From: Cetorhinus maximus
Lineage: Eukaryota
DNA length: 64,000 nucleotides
Direction of reading: 5' to 3'
Assembly (NCBI RefSeq): GCF_964194155.1
Contig: NC_135917.1
Span: forward strand, 1,116,001-1,180,000
Shown: piece after piece, positions 1 to 12,639 of the stretch
Position numbering within the stretch: position 1 is the first letter of the stretch
Layout of the letters: the number at the start of each line of letters is the position of its first letter
Notes under the pieces: model-generated
Database searches by the model: none
Seen by the model: the letters and a program-made list of their open reading frames with translations, nothing else
Told to the model about the DNA's origin: nothing
Program-made: the position numbers and the translations under genes

Positions 1-185
<185 letters not shown>

Positions 186-203
186 CTAAGCCCAAACAAT
201 AGC

Positions 204-1790
204 TTGCATTTATATAGCACCTTTAACATAGTAAAAACATCCCAAGGGCTGCACAGCAGCAATGATCAAACAAAGTTGGACACAGAGCTACATGAGGAGA
301 TATTAGGGACCAAAAGCTAGGTCAAAGGGATAGGTTTTAAGAAGCGTCTTAAAGGGGGAGAGAGAGAGAAGGGCAGAGAGGTTTAGAGAGGAAATTCCAG
401 AGCTTGTGGCCTAGGCAGCTGAAGGCACGGCCGCCAGTGGTGGAACGATCGAAATCAGGGCGGGGGGGTGGGGGGGCGGATGTGTGAGAGGCCGGAATTG
501 GAGGAGTGCAAAGATCTAGGAGGGTTGTCGAGGCTGGAGGAGGTTACAGAGATAGGGAGGGTTGTCGAGGCTGGAGGAGGTTACAGAGATAGGGAGGGTT
601 GTCGAGGCTGGAGGAGGTTACAGAGATAGGGAGGGTTGTCGAGGCTGGAGGGGGTTACAGAGATAGGGAGGGTTGTAGGGCCTGGAGGAGGTTACAGAGA
701 TAGGGAGGGTTGTAGGGGCTGGAGGGGGTTACAGAGATAGGGAGGGTTGTAGGGGCTGGAGGAGGTTACAGAGATAGGGAGGGTTGTAGGTGCTGGAGGA
801 GGTTACAGAGATAGGGAGGGTTGTAGGGGCTGGAGGAGGTTACAGAGATAGGGAGGGTTGTAGGGGCTGGAGGAGGTTACAGAGATAGGGAGGGTTGTAG
901 GGGCCTGAGGAGGTTACAGAGATAGGGAGGGTTGTAGGGGCCTGAGGAGGTTACAGAGATAGAGAGGGTTGTAGGGGCCTGAGGAGGTTACAGAGATAGG
1001 AAGGGTTGTAGGGGCTGGAGGAGGTTTCAGAGATAGGGAGGGTTGTAGGGGCCTGAGGAGGTTACAGTGATAGGGAGGGTTGTCGGGGCTGGAGGAGGTT
1101 ACAGAGATAGGGAGGGTTGTAGAGGCTGGAGGAGGTTACAGAGATAGGAGAGTTGTAGAGGGCTGGAGGAGGTTACAGAGATAGGGAGGGTTGTAGGGGC
1201 TGGAGGAGGTTACAGAGATAGGGAGGGTTGTAGAGGGCTGGAGGAGGTTACAGAGATAGGGAGGGTTGTAGGGGCTGGAGGAGGTTACAGAGATAGGGAG
1301 TGTTGTAGGGGGCTGGAGGAGGTTACAGAGATAGGGAGGGTTGTAGGGGCCAGAGGAGGTTACAGAGATAGGGAAGGTTGTAGGGGCTGGAGGAGGTGAC
1401 AGAGATAGGGAGGGTTGTAGGGACTGGAGAAGGTTACAGAGATAGGGAGGGTTGTAGGGGCTGGAGGAGGTTACAGAGATAGGGAGGGTTGTAGGGGCTG
1501 GAGGAGGTTACAGAGATAGGGAGGGTTGTAGGGGCTGGAGGAGGTTACAGAGATAGGGAGGGTTGTAGGGGCTGGAGGAGGTTACAGAGATAGGGAGGGT
1601 TGTAGGGGCCTGAGGAGGTTACAGAGATAGGAAGGGTTGTAGGGGCTGGAGGAGGTTTCAGAGATAGGGAGGGTTGTAGGGGCTGGAGGAGGTTACAGAG
1701 ATAGGGAGGGTTGTAGGGGCTGGAGGAGGTTACAGAGATAGGGAGGGGTGGGTGAGGCCATGGAAGTATTTGAATGGGAGGATGAGAATT
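204..1790 (-). mobile_element. L2-type LINE 3' fragment hosting a minisatellite
   Basis: Tail TTGCATTTATATAGCACCTTT. The flanks match other copies at 8613-9020 (+), 16520-16730, 45320-45600 and 54300-54410. Family assignment is from recognition, not from a search. Confidence 0.65.
518..1745. repeat. 37-bp G-rich minisatellite, about 33 copies
   Basis: Unit GGGAGGGTTGTAGGGGCTGGAGGAGGTTACAGAGATA read directly from the sequence. Confidence 0.97.
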
Positions 1791-3221
1791 CTAGAGAAAA
1801 CCACAGAGTAGATTCTGTTGGCCCAACATGTTTTCTTCCTCTGAGGGACAGCACCCACTTAGCCAAATCCAGAAAGGGGAGGCGTCGATTTAACAGTCAG
1901 CGCTGAGAGACTCCCCGGCTTATACATGCTGAATCTTAACCAGATAAAATTGTGTAGCCCATCAGCACAGAGCACCGAAGGCTTCCCCCGCTCCTCCGGC
2001 AGGGACCACCCTGCTGGTTGGACGCTGGCTTTCAGGTTTATCTGGAGTTGAGGGGGAAGAATCCCAGTTCCCAGTGACGGATCCACCTTTTTACAGATTT
2101 CATTAGGCTGGTCAATTCTTAGCAATCCTGCCGAATATTACCCATCCACCTGCCTCAGGTGTCGGATTAACAAAGCTCCCACAGGGAGGGTTAGGTTGGT
2201 TGCAGACTTCCATTGCCAATTGTACCACATCTGAGCCGTCTCCACCCCAGGAGGGTAGCAGTCACTGGTTGCTCAGCAATCTAATCCTCCATTGTGGGCA
2301 CAGTGAGGGTGGGGGTGGATGCAATGGTGGAGAAAGAGAAAACAAGCTGTTCTTTAGGAGATGGCAACTCTGTGGGGTAGGTACCATCACAGGCAGCTAG
2401 AGTCCAGAGCAAAATGTGCCAAGGGGAAAGAATCAATCTGGCAGCATCACTCCAGCATGTCCACTCCATGTAGAATGGTCAAAATGGAGCCTTACACGGA
2501 AGCTAAGCAAATGAAACTAAAAAGACAAAAACAGTTACTGTTTCAATTCTGGGACTGAGGAACTGTAAGGATTCCTACAAATCTACCATGGAATGTGTAA
2601 GCCTCTTTTGTTGAAGGTGCTCACTCCTTGTTGGGCATGTCTCCAAACAACCTCCGGTACCTCACACCCAAAGGCCATCTTTGTGTCTAAGCCCAGGCAG
2701 TGGGTGTGACATGAGCTATTTGAGTGTGAGGCACGGGTCCTGTTCACACCTTACACACACTGGATTGCAGCCAGCAACAGAAATCCCGGCTGATTATCCT
2801 TCCGTGGTCCAGGAGCACTGAGGCTCATTGCAGCACTCCTGGCTGAACTCCGTAACCTCAGCAGGGACCACAGATTGAATCTGGGACCCTTCTAGTCCAT
2901 GTAGCTCAGTAACTTAACCAGATATGCCATCAGAGGAATGATGGCAATAATGTGTAGATCATTGGAGGGGGACTATCTATTTAACAAGCAAACGTTCCCT
3001 TTATTGTACTCCCCTCCCTCCCCCGTCAACACAAAACATGACATTACTACAAAAGCAGAATACTGCGGATGCTGAGAATCTTAAATCTAAACAGAAAATG
3101 CTGGAAATACTCAGATTAATTCAGATTCTCTCTCCACAGATGCTGCCAGACCTGCTGAGTGCTCCCAGCATTTTCTGTTTATATTCCATGTGTGTTACTG
3201 TCTGTTATTTCTCTCACATTA

Positions 3222-3395
<174 letters not shown>

Positions 3396-3469
3396 TCATT
3401 TAGAGGGTGATGTGAAGCATTGCAGCACCAACATGTAGGGCCAAATACAAGAGAGAAAGAATGAAAGGG

Positions 3470-3915
3470 TTTGCATTTATATAGCACCTTTCACTGCCTC
3501 AGGACATTCCAAAGCACTTCATAGCCAATGAAGTACTTTTGAAGTGTTGTCACTGTTGTAATGTAGAAAACACAGCAGCCAATTTGTGCATAGCAAGCTT
3601 CCACAAACAGTAATGTGATAATGATCAGCTAATCTGTTTTATCTGGTGTTGGTTGAAGGCTAAACATTGGCCAGGACAGTGGGCAGAACTCCCTTGCTCT
3701 TCTTCAAAATGGTGTCATGGGATCTTTTACATCCACCTGGGAGGGGAAGACTCCGTTTAATGTCTCATCTGAAAGACAGCCCCTCTGATAGTGCAGTACC
3801 CCCTCATGACTGCACTGGAAGTATCAGCCCGGATTTTTGTGTCTCTGGAGTGAGACTTGAACCTTGAATCGTCTGACTCAGAGGCAAGAGTGCTCACACT
3901 GAGCCACTGCTGACA
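3470..3915 (-). mobile_element. Deu-SINE-like (SacSINE1/AmnSINE-related) tRNA-derived SINE
   Basis: tRNA-like head (B-box-like GGTTCAAGTC on -), central core and L2-type tail. Related copies at 4020-4437, 33078-33400, 43567-43840, 47120-47520 and 62410-63010. Confidence 0.7.
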
Positions 3916-4445
3916 CCTACATTCAAACATCTTCATATGAGGAGAAGGAGCAGCTGTCACCAGACTAATCTCCCACCAGTCAGTTCAGTATAGGATTGAT
4001 TGAAGTCAGGTAAGGAAGAACTTGCATGTCCTCAGGATGTCCCAAAGTGTTTCACAGCCAATGATTTACTTTGAAATGTAGTTACTATTGTTATGTAGGA
4101 AAATGTGGCAGCCAGTTTGTGCATAGGAAGGTCTCACAAAGAACAATGAGATGAATGGGTGCGCTGGGAGGGGCAAAGGGAGAAATTTTGGCCAGGACAC
4201 CAGGAGAACTCCCCTGCTCTTTTTCAAATAATGCCGTGGACATCCATCTGAGCAGGCAAACAGGGCCTTGGTTGAATGTCTCTTCTAAAAGACAGCACCT
4301 CCGGCACTGCAGCTCTCCCTCAGTACTGCACTGAAATGTCAGTCTAGATTATGATTATGTGCTCAAGTCCTGGAGTGGGGTTCGAACCCATAGCTTTCTC
4401 ACTTGGAGGGAAAAATATGGCCAATTGAGCCAAGCTAAAATATCA

Positions 4446-4682
<237 letters not shown>

Positions 4683-5329
4683 TCACTGGTCCATGGGTAC
4701 TTTCCAGTCTCTCCTGCCTCTGCCCGATCACAGGATGAATTTGTTCCAAGTCGTGTTTCCTTCTGTGAAAAAAGAAAACAGAGAATAAAAACTTGCAATG
4801 CTCTGCTTTGAAAGGGGGAGACATTTTCAAGTGTTCGAGCTGATCCTGTGTGCGAATAAACAGGGATTGTTGGGGTGCCTATGTTTAGATGCTGTGATGC
4901 CTGTACCTTTCAGGCCACTGCTCAAGTACTCCCTGTGATAAAGATAAATAAGCAGGTAGATCCTGAAGTACTTAGACCCTAAAGAGGGGAAGTCCAATGG
5001 ATTGGTAGAAATTGAAAATTTCTAGCTCTGCCTGGGTGAACAAAGTCCGAATTGACTGTCTTTCTTTTTAAATCTGACATCTTGTTGATGGATGCACACG
5101 AACTGCAAGATTTTGTTGGCAAGTTTGCAGGATAGCTCACCAAAGGCTCATAAACTTTTTGATTTGATACACTATTCGTATTTTGATTTAGAAAAGTAAT
5201 CACAAATTCATATGTTTAAATAGATCAGGAACGCCCTTCCATCACAACTCTCACTCCTGACACAAATAACTCTGTAAACACAATAAACATCAGTTTGTAA
5301 CTTTATGATGGATCAATACCACACACACT

Positions 5330-5670
5330 GCGTGACAACTCATCAGAAGCTGGAGTTCAGGCTCGTTGGGGGCGGGTTTACGTTCCAATTGGTCCATTCA
5401 ACACACAACGCGAGGTCAGGTACGCTTCTGATTGGTCGGCCTTGCTGTCAATCATCCGCCACCAATTAAGCGAGGTTCACCTAGCAAACTGCCCGGTCAT
5501 CCAGCTGTCTGGCCCATCCCAGATACGCATATAAGTTTGTTGTATTATTATTATTTTTTTTGTCTTTTTCTTTTGGTAATGGTTAATAAAGTTGACTGCG
5601 AGGAGTTGGCTGACTTTATCGGCACAGTGCGGACTCGCTGGTTAGCAACGTCAACCGGCCAATGGAGAGG
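5330..5670. promoter_or_regulatory. CpG-enriched, probably bidirectional promoter upstream of EEF1AKMT3
   Basis: GC box GGGGCGGG near 5368; CCAAT/ATTGG boxes near 5386, 5431, 5462 and 5659; RFX-like GTTAGCAAC at 5641-5649; locally high CpG density. Confidence 0.6.
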
Positions 5671-6424
5671 CGACAGGACCCCAAACACCTGACTGTGGCG
5701 GTCAAGAGCTTCTCCAAAGCACTTCGCAAGGAGAGGGAATTCGAACAGCTCCCGCTGCTGGCTGAAGCCAGCTATGACAGGGAAGGGGAACATCATTTTC
5801 TCAAAGTGTGAAGGTCTGCTAGTACATGTCCCGTGGCGTTGCACTTGGATGTAGTCCTCAGGTGAAGCAGGGTTAGAGGCTGCAGATAATTGGTTCAGGC
5901 CCTAAACCTAAACCTCTCTCTCTCTCCTTATTTAAGATGCTCCTTAAAACCTGCCTCTTTGACCAAGATTTTGGTCACTTATGTAGCTCAGTGTCAAAAT
6001 CTGTTTGACTGACGCTCCCACCTTGGGACATTTTTGCTTGTTAAAGGCGCTTTATTAATGCATGTTGTCATGGAGTGCGCAGACTCGATTATGCCTTCCA
6101 TTCTAGAGTTGTACATTTTGGGTTCGATTTTAACCATTTTAATTTTAATCCATAAATTTGGATTTTGAATGTTAGGGCGGCCAATTGTGATCACATGTAT
6201 TCCTGGAGGTTTCATCACAGGACTTGCTCCAATGCTGCAGCCATTAGTTGGCCAACACATCCATCCTTGTGACTCACTGCCGTCCTACACCATCTGGAAA
6301 GCAAAAAGACTCATTACCCAATTGAATAATGCTTTACTGTCAACCAAACAGCCTTTTTTTTCCAATTTTCAACATTTTTTTTTTATCTGGTAAAGAGACA
6401 GGTTCAAAGAAAACGACCAACAAA

Positions 6425-6565
6425 GCAATCTGAAGAAGAGTCATACAGACTCGAAACATTAACTCGTGTTTCTCGCCCCACAGACGCTGCCAGACCTGCT
6501 GAGTTTTTCCAGCATTTTCTGTTTTTGTTTCACATTTCAAGCATCCGCAGTATTTTGCTTTTATT
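6425..6565 (+). mobile_element. Penelope-like terminal-repeat relic with minimal hammerhead motif
   Basis: CTGAAGA-A-GAGTC-ataca-GACTC-GAAAC-ATT-AACTC followed by the recurrent CCACAGATGCTGCCAGACCTGCTGAG...CAGCATTTTCTG segment. Related copies at 3050-3185, 7160-7305, 31339-31500 and 41581-41680. Confidence 0.6.
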
Positions 6566-9500
6566 TCAATTTTTTTTACCGTCCGTCTGACCTTTCTCCA
6601 GGGTTGCTCATGGTAGTGTCCTAGGAATTGATCTTCAATTCCTGGAGACTCCAGGCCAATACTGGAGGGTTGGCAACCCTAGTTACAATCTCACCCCATC
6701 AACATATTATTACTCCTCCATTATAGATTCCTATGTCCAGATTTATAATGGAATGTTACCTTCCAATCTGAAGGGGGTGGGGTGGCATGTGTACAGACTG
6801 GGATCAAATGTAATGCTAAGTAACTTCCTAATTATATATATATATAAATGGGTGACTGATCTGAGGACAAATAACCATCTCGATGGTGTCACGCTGACTG
6901 TATGCCAAGCTTGCTCACTTCAATGGACAGCTGCCAGTATTGACCGGAACTCCAGAGAATTATCGAACGTGGAAATGTTGTCAGTTTATTTAATACACAA
7001 ACTGTATTTACATTGAGAAGTAACAAGAATATCACTTCTGGGAATATTCTTCAATTAAACATGGCAAAATCAGTATTAAATATTCAAAAAGCTCCTTGCT
7101 GTTCTCTGGTGTAGAAGGCCTTTTTTCACACCCCTCCCTATTCCAGTCTACTAAAGTCCCTGAAATAAAAACAGAAAATGCTGGAAAAACTCAACAGGTC
7201 TGGCAGCATCTGTGGAGAGAGAAACAGAGTTAATGTCTCGAGTCCATATGACTTTTTCAGAGCTAAAGCGGAGTAGTGTTTCCAGCATCTGCAGTATTTT
7301 GCTTTTACGAAAATTCCTGTATTTTTGCACCCAGTCTTATATTGTGTTGCCAGGGCCTTCACTTCACAATTATTCAGTGCTCAATACTCGAATGGCAGAA
7401 TATGCTTGAGGGGCTGAATGGCCTGCTCCTGTTTCAATCTCAGAGACACCGCTGATTTGTAATCGTTCATTTTAGTCACTAATACTGACAGCTTCTCTGT
7501 CACTTTATTCTGAAATTGTTCAGAAGTACCCAAGACCTAACGATAACTTCCCCTTCTACTTATTTCATGTGATCACTGGCTCCTTTCTGTAGCACTCTGA
7601 TTGATCAGAGCTTGCGCTGAAACTCTCTGATACTGTACACCCATCCCACACTGCCATTGGGATGCTACCCCCATAATGTTCCGTCAACCTGCCTGAACTC
7701 AGCATGGATTGACTCAGTACTACATCGCCACTGAATTCTTTTTGAAGACCTGTCACTGTTAATTAGGCAGTATGGGATGAAGTAAGACAGTGGAAAGGTT
7801 CCTATTGTCTTCAGGTTTAGAGATGGTGTTCAGTTCTCAATGGGTTAAGGCTCGTTCAGTGTAAAGTGAGGCTGATTACATTTACTGCTCCTGAGGGACA
7901 ATGTTCACTTGTATCTTCTGGCCATGTACTCCCCTCTCGGTTCCCCTGCCACGTAGGCAGTTCTTGCTTCATCTTACTGCTGTCTGAACTCAACTGACCC
8001 ATACTTTGGAAAAACCAAACAAGCAAAAATGCAATGTTGCTGACTAGCTGGAGGTTGGTTAGCTCACCCAGAATGTCATGTTTGTTTGGCTTTCAAAGCT
8101 TCATGACATAATGTGGCAATTGGTCTGTGCCCTGTGTTCAATGGACTATACCATTAGAAATGTGTTATTATTGGTCAATGGTTCAGACAGGCTGAGGGTG
8201 AACTAAAGCATAGCAAGATCCAAATGCAGCAATATGAAAATTGCCAACCTGTTTACACTGCCCACTGAACCATAGCTGAAGAGGTGCTTTATTGAGAACT
8301 AATGGGTGGTTCACCCTGGATCACATATTTTCTTGTTCTAATGTAGAAAAGTATAAGATAATTAAGAGTTCTAAATGTCCTTCACACCCATTTCCCACTC
8401 TCTGGCACCTTCCACAAGCAGACCTTGCAGAAGGTGACCATCTTGACTGTCAGTGAAATTATTCTCAGCTTCATCAGCCATAGCAGTGTTGATACATTAC
8501 AGTCAGCAATAATATATTCCTTGGAACACAGGAGCGGGCCATTAAGCGAACTGATATTTCTTTTCTTTCTTACAGATAGTGTTTGGGGAGAAGGCTCACT
8601 ACCAGAAATGAAGCATTTCATTTTAAAATTCGCATCCTTGTTTTCAAATCCTTCCATGGCCTCGCCCTCCCTGATCTGTTTAACCTCCTTCAGCCCCACA
8701 ACTCTCTGTGATTTCTGCACTTGTCCAATTCTGGCCTGTTGCGCATCCCTCGATTTCCATCACTCCACTGTTGACAGCTGTGCCTTCAGCTATCTGGGCC
8801 CGAAGCTCTGTAATTACCTCTCTAAACCTCTCTGCCTCTCTATCTCTCCTCCTTCCTTTTTAAGACGCTCCTTAAAACCTACCTCTTTGACTAAGTTTTT
8901 GGCCCTGATATCTTCTTATGTGGCTCAGTGTCAAATGTTGTTTCACATTTCTCCCATGAAGTGCCTTGTGACGTTTTATTACGTTAAAGGATCAATATAA
9001 ATATAAGCTGTTGTTGTAATGTAGGAAACATGGCAGCCAATTTGCAAAGAAGTGAGCTCCTACAAATAGTAATGGAACAAAATTGTGTTTGATAATGCTC
9101 CTGTGAAGCACCTTGGGACATTTTACTATGTTAAAGATGCTTTATAAATACAAGTTGTTAATTATACGGAAGGTAAGTGTCTTTATAGATAACGCTTGAT
9201 CCATTTGATCTTCTAGATTGGTTTCAATCACATGAAAGCATCTGAGAGGAATTTTCCAGAGTAGTTTTTCCCTTGTTGGCCTTACGTTTTTTTTCTGTTT
9301 TATTGCATCCCCAGGAGATGACATGCCTGGTGAGGTTTTGGGGATGGGAGGGGAGTGGGGTGTTGTGATGGACTAACTGGTCTTTTCCTGCCTGTCAATT
9401 TGGTATGATTCTGGCTGTGGACAGATGTTCGTTGCGGTGGGGGTAATTGGTTTGGAAAACAGCTGTGGGCTGAAGAGATTTTCAGTGCAATTCAAACCCT

Positions 9501-10706
9501 TGACCACTGAGGGCTGAGTTGATCCTGCTAACACACTACATAATGCATTCATGGAGTTATTAAACTGTTCACCAGTGCACCAAAGGGAATGAAACCCTCT
9601 GCTGAGTTAATCGTTATAAATATGCATTGCTTTTTTTTTGCCAGACATAGTGGTTACATTACTGGATTAGTAATCTAGAGGGAAAAATTAACTCTGTACT
9701 CATTAAGGTGAGGGAACACTGTCTATTCAGTACGTGCTTCCAGGCTTGGTACAGTATGGGACAAATGCAGGTTAAAGCTCCCTCTACTGAGCCTCAACCA
9801 TTTATCTTAACTGCAATCTCAACAAAGCCTGGGTGTGACATTTGTGTTCCCCATCCTGACCTCCCTCATGGCACCTCAGAGTGAGACTGCCAGTTTATCA
9901 CCTAACAAGGGGCAGTTTGACACTTTGGGCACAATTGCCTCAGGGCTTCCATTGAAAGTGTGCAAAGTTTGTTTCATGTACGGTCAGAGAGAGTGGTCTT
10001 TAGTCCTGTCGATGTGGATGGGATTCGAGCCCTGATTGCAGACTGATCTCCTGTATGACCCCACTGCACCCAATTTACCCACCTTAGTCTTTTGCTAAGG
10101 GTTTGATTGCAACATTTAAAAAGTTTGTTTTTTATGAACCATTAACAATTTTCTCATATTTAAGCTTAGGATGTGGATGACATTGGCAGCGCCACATTTT
10201 GTAGCCCACCTCCAGTTACCCTTGGAATGTGGTGGGCCATCTCATTCAACCACTACAGTCCCTGTTGCAACTGGCTTGCTAGGCCAGTCTGTGCTGGGTT
10301 GGGTTGCTACAATTTGCCTCAGCGTCCTTGAACTAGTGTGGGGTGGGGGCAATTGGCCAGGGTTCCTGCTCCTGAGTGCTATCCAGTGACCTCTGCTGGA
10401 AAACATGCATCTGTGTGTAGTTTTTAAAAAATTCATTGTTACCATCATTGGCAGAGCTGGCATTTATTGCCCATTCCCCTAATTGCCCTTGAGAAGGTGG
10501 GGGGTGAGCTACCTTCTTGAACTGCTGCAGTTCTGTGTGGTGTAGGTACACCCACAGTGCTGTTAGGGAGGGAGTTCCAGGATTTTGACCCAGTGACAGT
10601 GAAGGAATGGCCGATATATTTCCAAGTCAGGATGGTGAGTGGCTTGGAGGGGAACTTCCAGGTGGTGGTTGTTCCCATGTATCTGCTTGTTCTTTTAGGT
10701 GGTGGA

Positions 10707-10709
<3 letters not shown>

Positions 10710-10742
<33 letters not shown>
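10710..10742. repeat. (TG)n microsatellite
   Basis: Direct read. Confidence 0.95.
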
Positions 10743-10746
<4 letters not shown>

Positions 10747-11074
10747 CACAGGAAAGCTTGGATAAAATAGCTGCCCAACACCATTGAGGTTTACATATGA
10801 AGCATGGTTGCTTGAGTGACATACAGGGGGACAGTACGTAAATGTAGTCCAGGACAAGGCAATGCCTTCAGAAGACGGGAGGGAATCAGATGAAAAAGAG
10901 TGACCACATCCAGGGTAAATACACAGATTTTCTTTGGCACAACCATCATCTTTTCCTGCCTCTGTTGATTTTCCTGATATTTCTGGTACTACTGTGCAGT
11001 AACGCGAGAATGGGGGAAAGAAGAGATTTGTTTGGTTGAAAGGAAAGCTTTGACTCAGGCACATATCAGCGCAG

Positions 11075-12012
11075 AGGACGCAGCCACAGTGGTAATGTTA
11101 CTGGATTAATCCAGAGGCCTGGACTAATGCTCCGGAGACAGGAGTTCAAATCTCACTGTGGCAGCTGGAGGGAATTTAAATTCAATTATTTAATAAACCT
11201 GGAATTAAAAAGCTAGTCATCATTAATGATCATGAAACTACCAATTGTCATTACAAACCCATCTGGTTCACTAATGCCCTTTAGGGAAAGAAATGTGCCA
11301 TCCTTACCTGATCTGACCTACATGTGACTGCAGGCCCACAGCAATTTGGTTGACTCTTAACTAACCTAGTGCTGGACTAGCCATGTGTAAATACAGTCTC
11401 TGCAAGAGCAGGTCAGAGGCTAGGAATCCTGCGGTGAGTAACTCACCTTCTACTCCCCAAAGCCTGTCCACTATCTACAAGGCAGAAGTCAGGAGTGTGA
11501 TGGAATACTCCCCACTTGCCTGGATGAGTGCAGCTCCAACAGTACTCAAGAAGCTCGACACCATCCAGGACAAAGCAGCCCTGCTTGATTGGCACCCTTT
11601 CCACAAACATTCACTCCCTCCACCACCGACGCACAGTAGCAGCAGTGTGTGTATCATCTACAAGATGCACTGCAGCAACTCACCAAGGCTCCCTCGACAG
11701 CACCTTCCAAACCCACGACCTCTACCATCTAGAAGGATGAGGGCAGCAGACGCATGGGGAACACCACCACCTGCAAGTTCCCCTCCAAGCCACTCACCAT
11801 CCTGACTTGGAAATATATCGGCCGTTCCTTCACTGTTGCTGGGTCAAACTAATGAAACTCCCTCCCTAACAGCGCTGTGGGTGTACCTACACCACACGGG
11901 GACTGCAGCGGTTCAAGAAGGCAGCTCACCCCCCACCTTCTCAAGGGGCAGTTAGGGATGGGCAATAAATGCTGTTCTTGCCACCGATACCCACATCCCA
12001 AGAATGAATAAA
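11075..12012 (+). mobile_element. V-SINE (HE1-like) head and core joined to a CR1 LINE 3' end
   Basis: tRNA-like A/B boxes and V-core (CTGGTTCACTAATG..GGAAAGAAAT.TGCCATCCTTACC), then a CR1 ORF2 C-terminus (STIYKAEVRSVMEYSPLAW) and an A-rich tail. Confidence 0.7.
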
Positions 12013-12639
12013 GAAAAAGCTGGCTGGCACATATTGACCTCACTCTGGACCCAGGCTCTGTGGCTTATCTAGTTTTGTTCACTCATGGACAAAAACGGGC
12101 AAAATGAAAAAAAACCCACAGTTCATCTGTCAATGGGAATACAAACAGCAGGAACTGGCACAGGCCTTTTAGCTACCAGATTCTGAACAGAACACAGCAC
12201 ATTGCTACAGTGATTCATCATCTCTGTAAACATTACACTATATTTGCCTGTGAACACGAGACTTACAAATGGTCGAACCTGCATTGCTCTTTGTCCCGTC
12301 TAGCCCTGGCCCTTACCCAATATTCTGGTTCAATAGTCCCATAAAAGGTTCTGTAAGCAATAAAGAATGCAGTTTATGAGTCGGAGCGAGTAGCATCTGC
12401 AGACAGCAATCTAGCTAACCACGGTAATTCTGTCTCAGGAAGGACATGCAGTGGTTGGTTGCACTGCCACGGGCACACAGCACATCCATTAGTCAGCACT
12501 GATTGCCACCCAAATTCTATTGCTTTCTTTTCTCCACCTCTCCCCCTTCACCCACTAATCTTCATCCTTTCTGCACTGAAGACAGTGATTACTTGCTCTG
12601 GCTTAGTGCATTGTTCACTCACCCCAACCCACACCACAC

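Noticed and set aside
4683-4685. Selenocysteine readthrough of the in-frame TGA upstream of EEF1AKMT3
   Set aside because: The 3'UTR is outside the window so no SECIS can be assessed. The downstream ATG already gives an orthologue-length N-terminus.
6169-6393. Pogo/DDE_1 transposase-like motif (IPGG...LQPL)
   Set aside because: The spacing differs from the family motif, the catalytic Asp after QPL is absent, and no TIRs are visible. It is kept only as part of the unidentified + strand candidate.
8425-9000. 191-aa ORF on +
   Set aside because: It has a non-ATG start, and about two thirds of it is an L2 3' fragment.
11075-11165. tRNA gene
   Set aside because: It has A/B-box-like motifs only, as the head of a SINE followed by the V-core. 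No complete cloverleaf is evident. The same applies to the other SINE heads.
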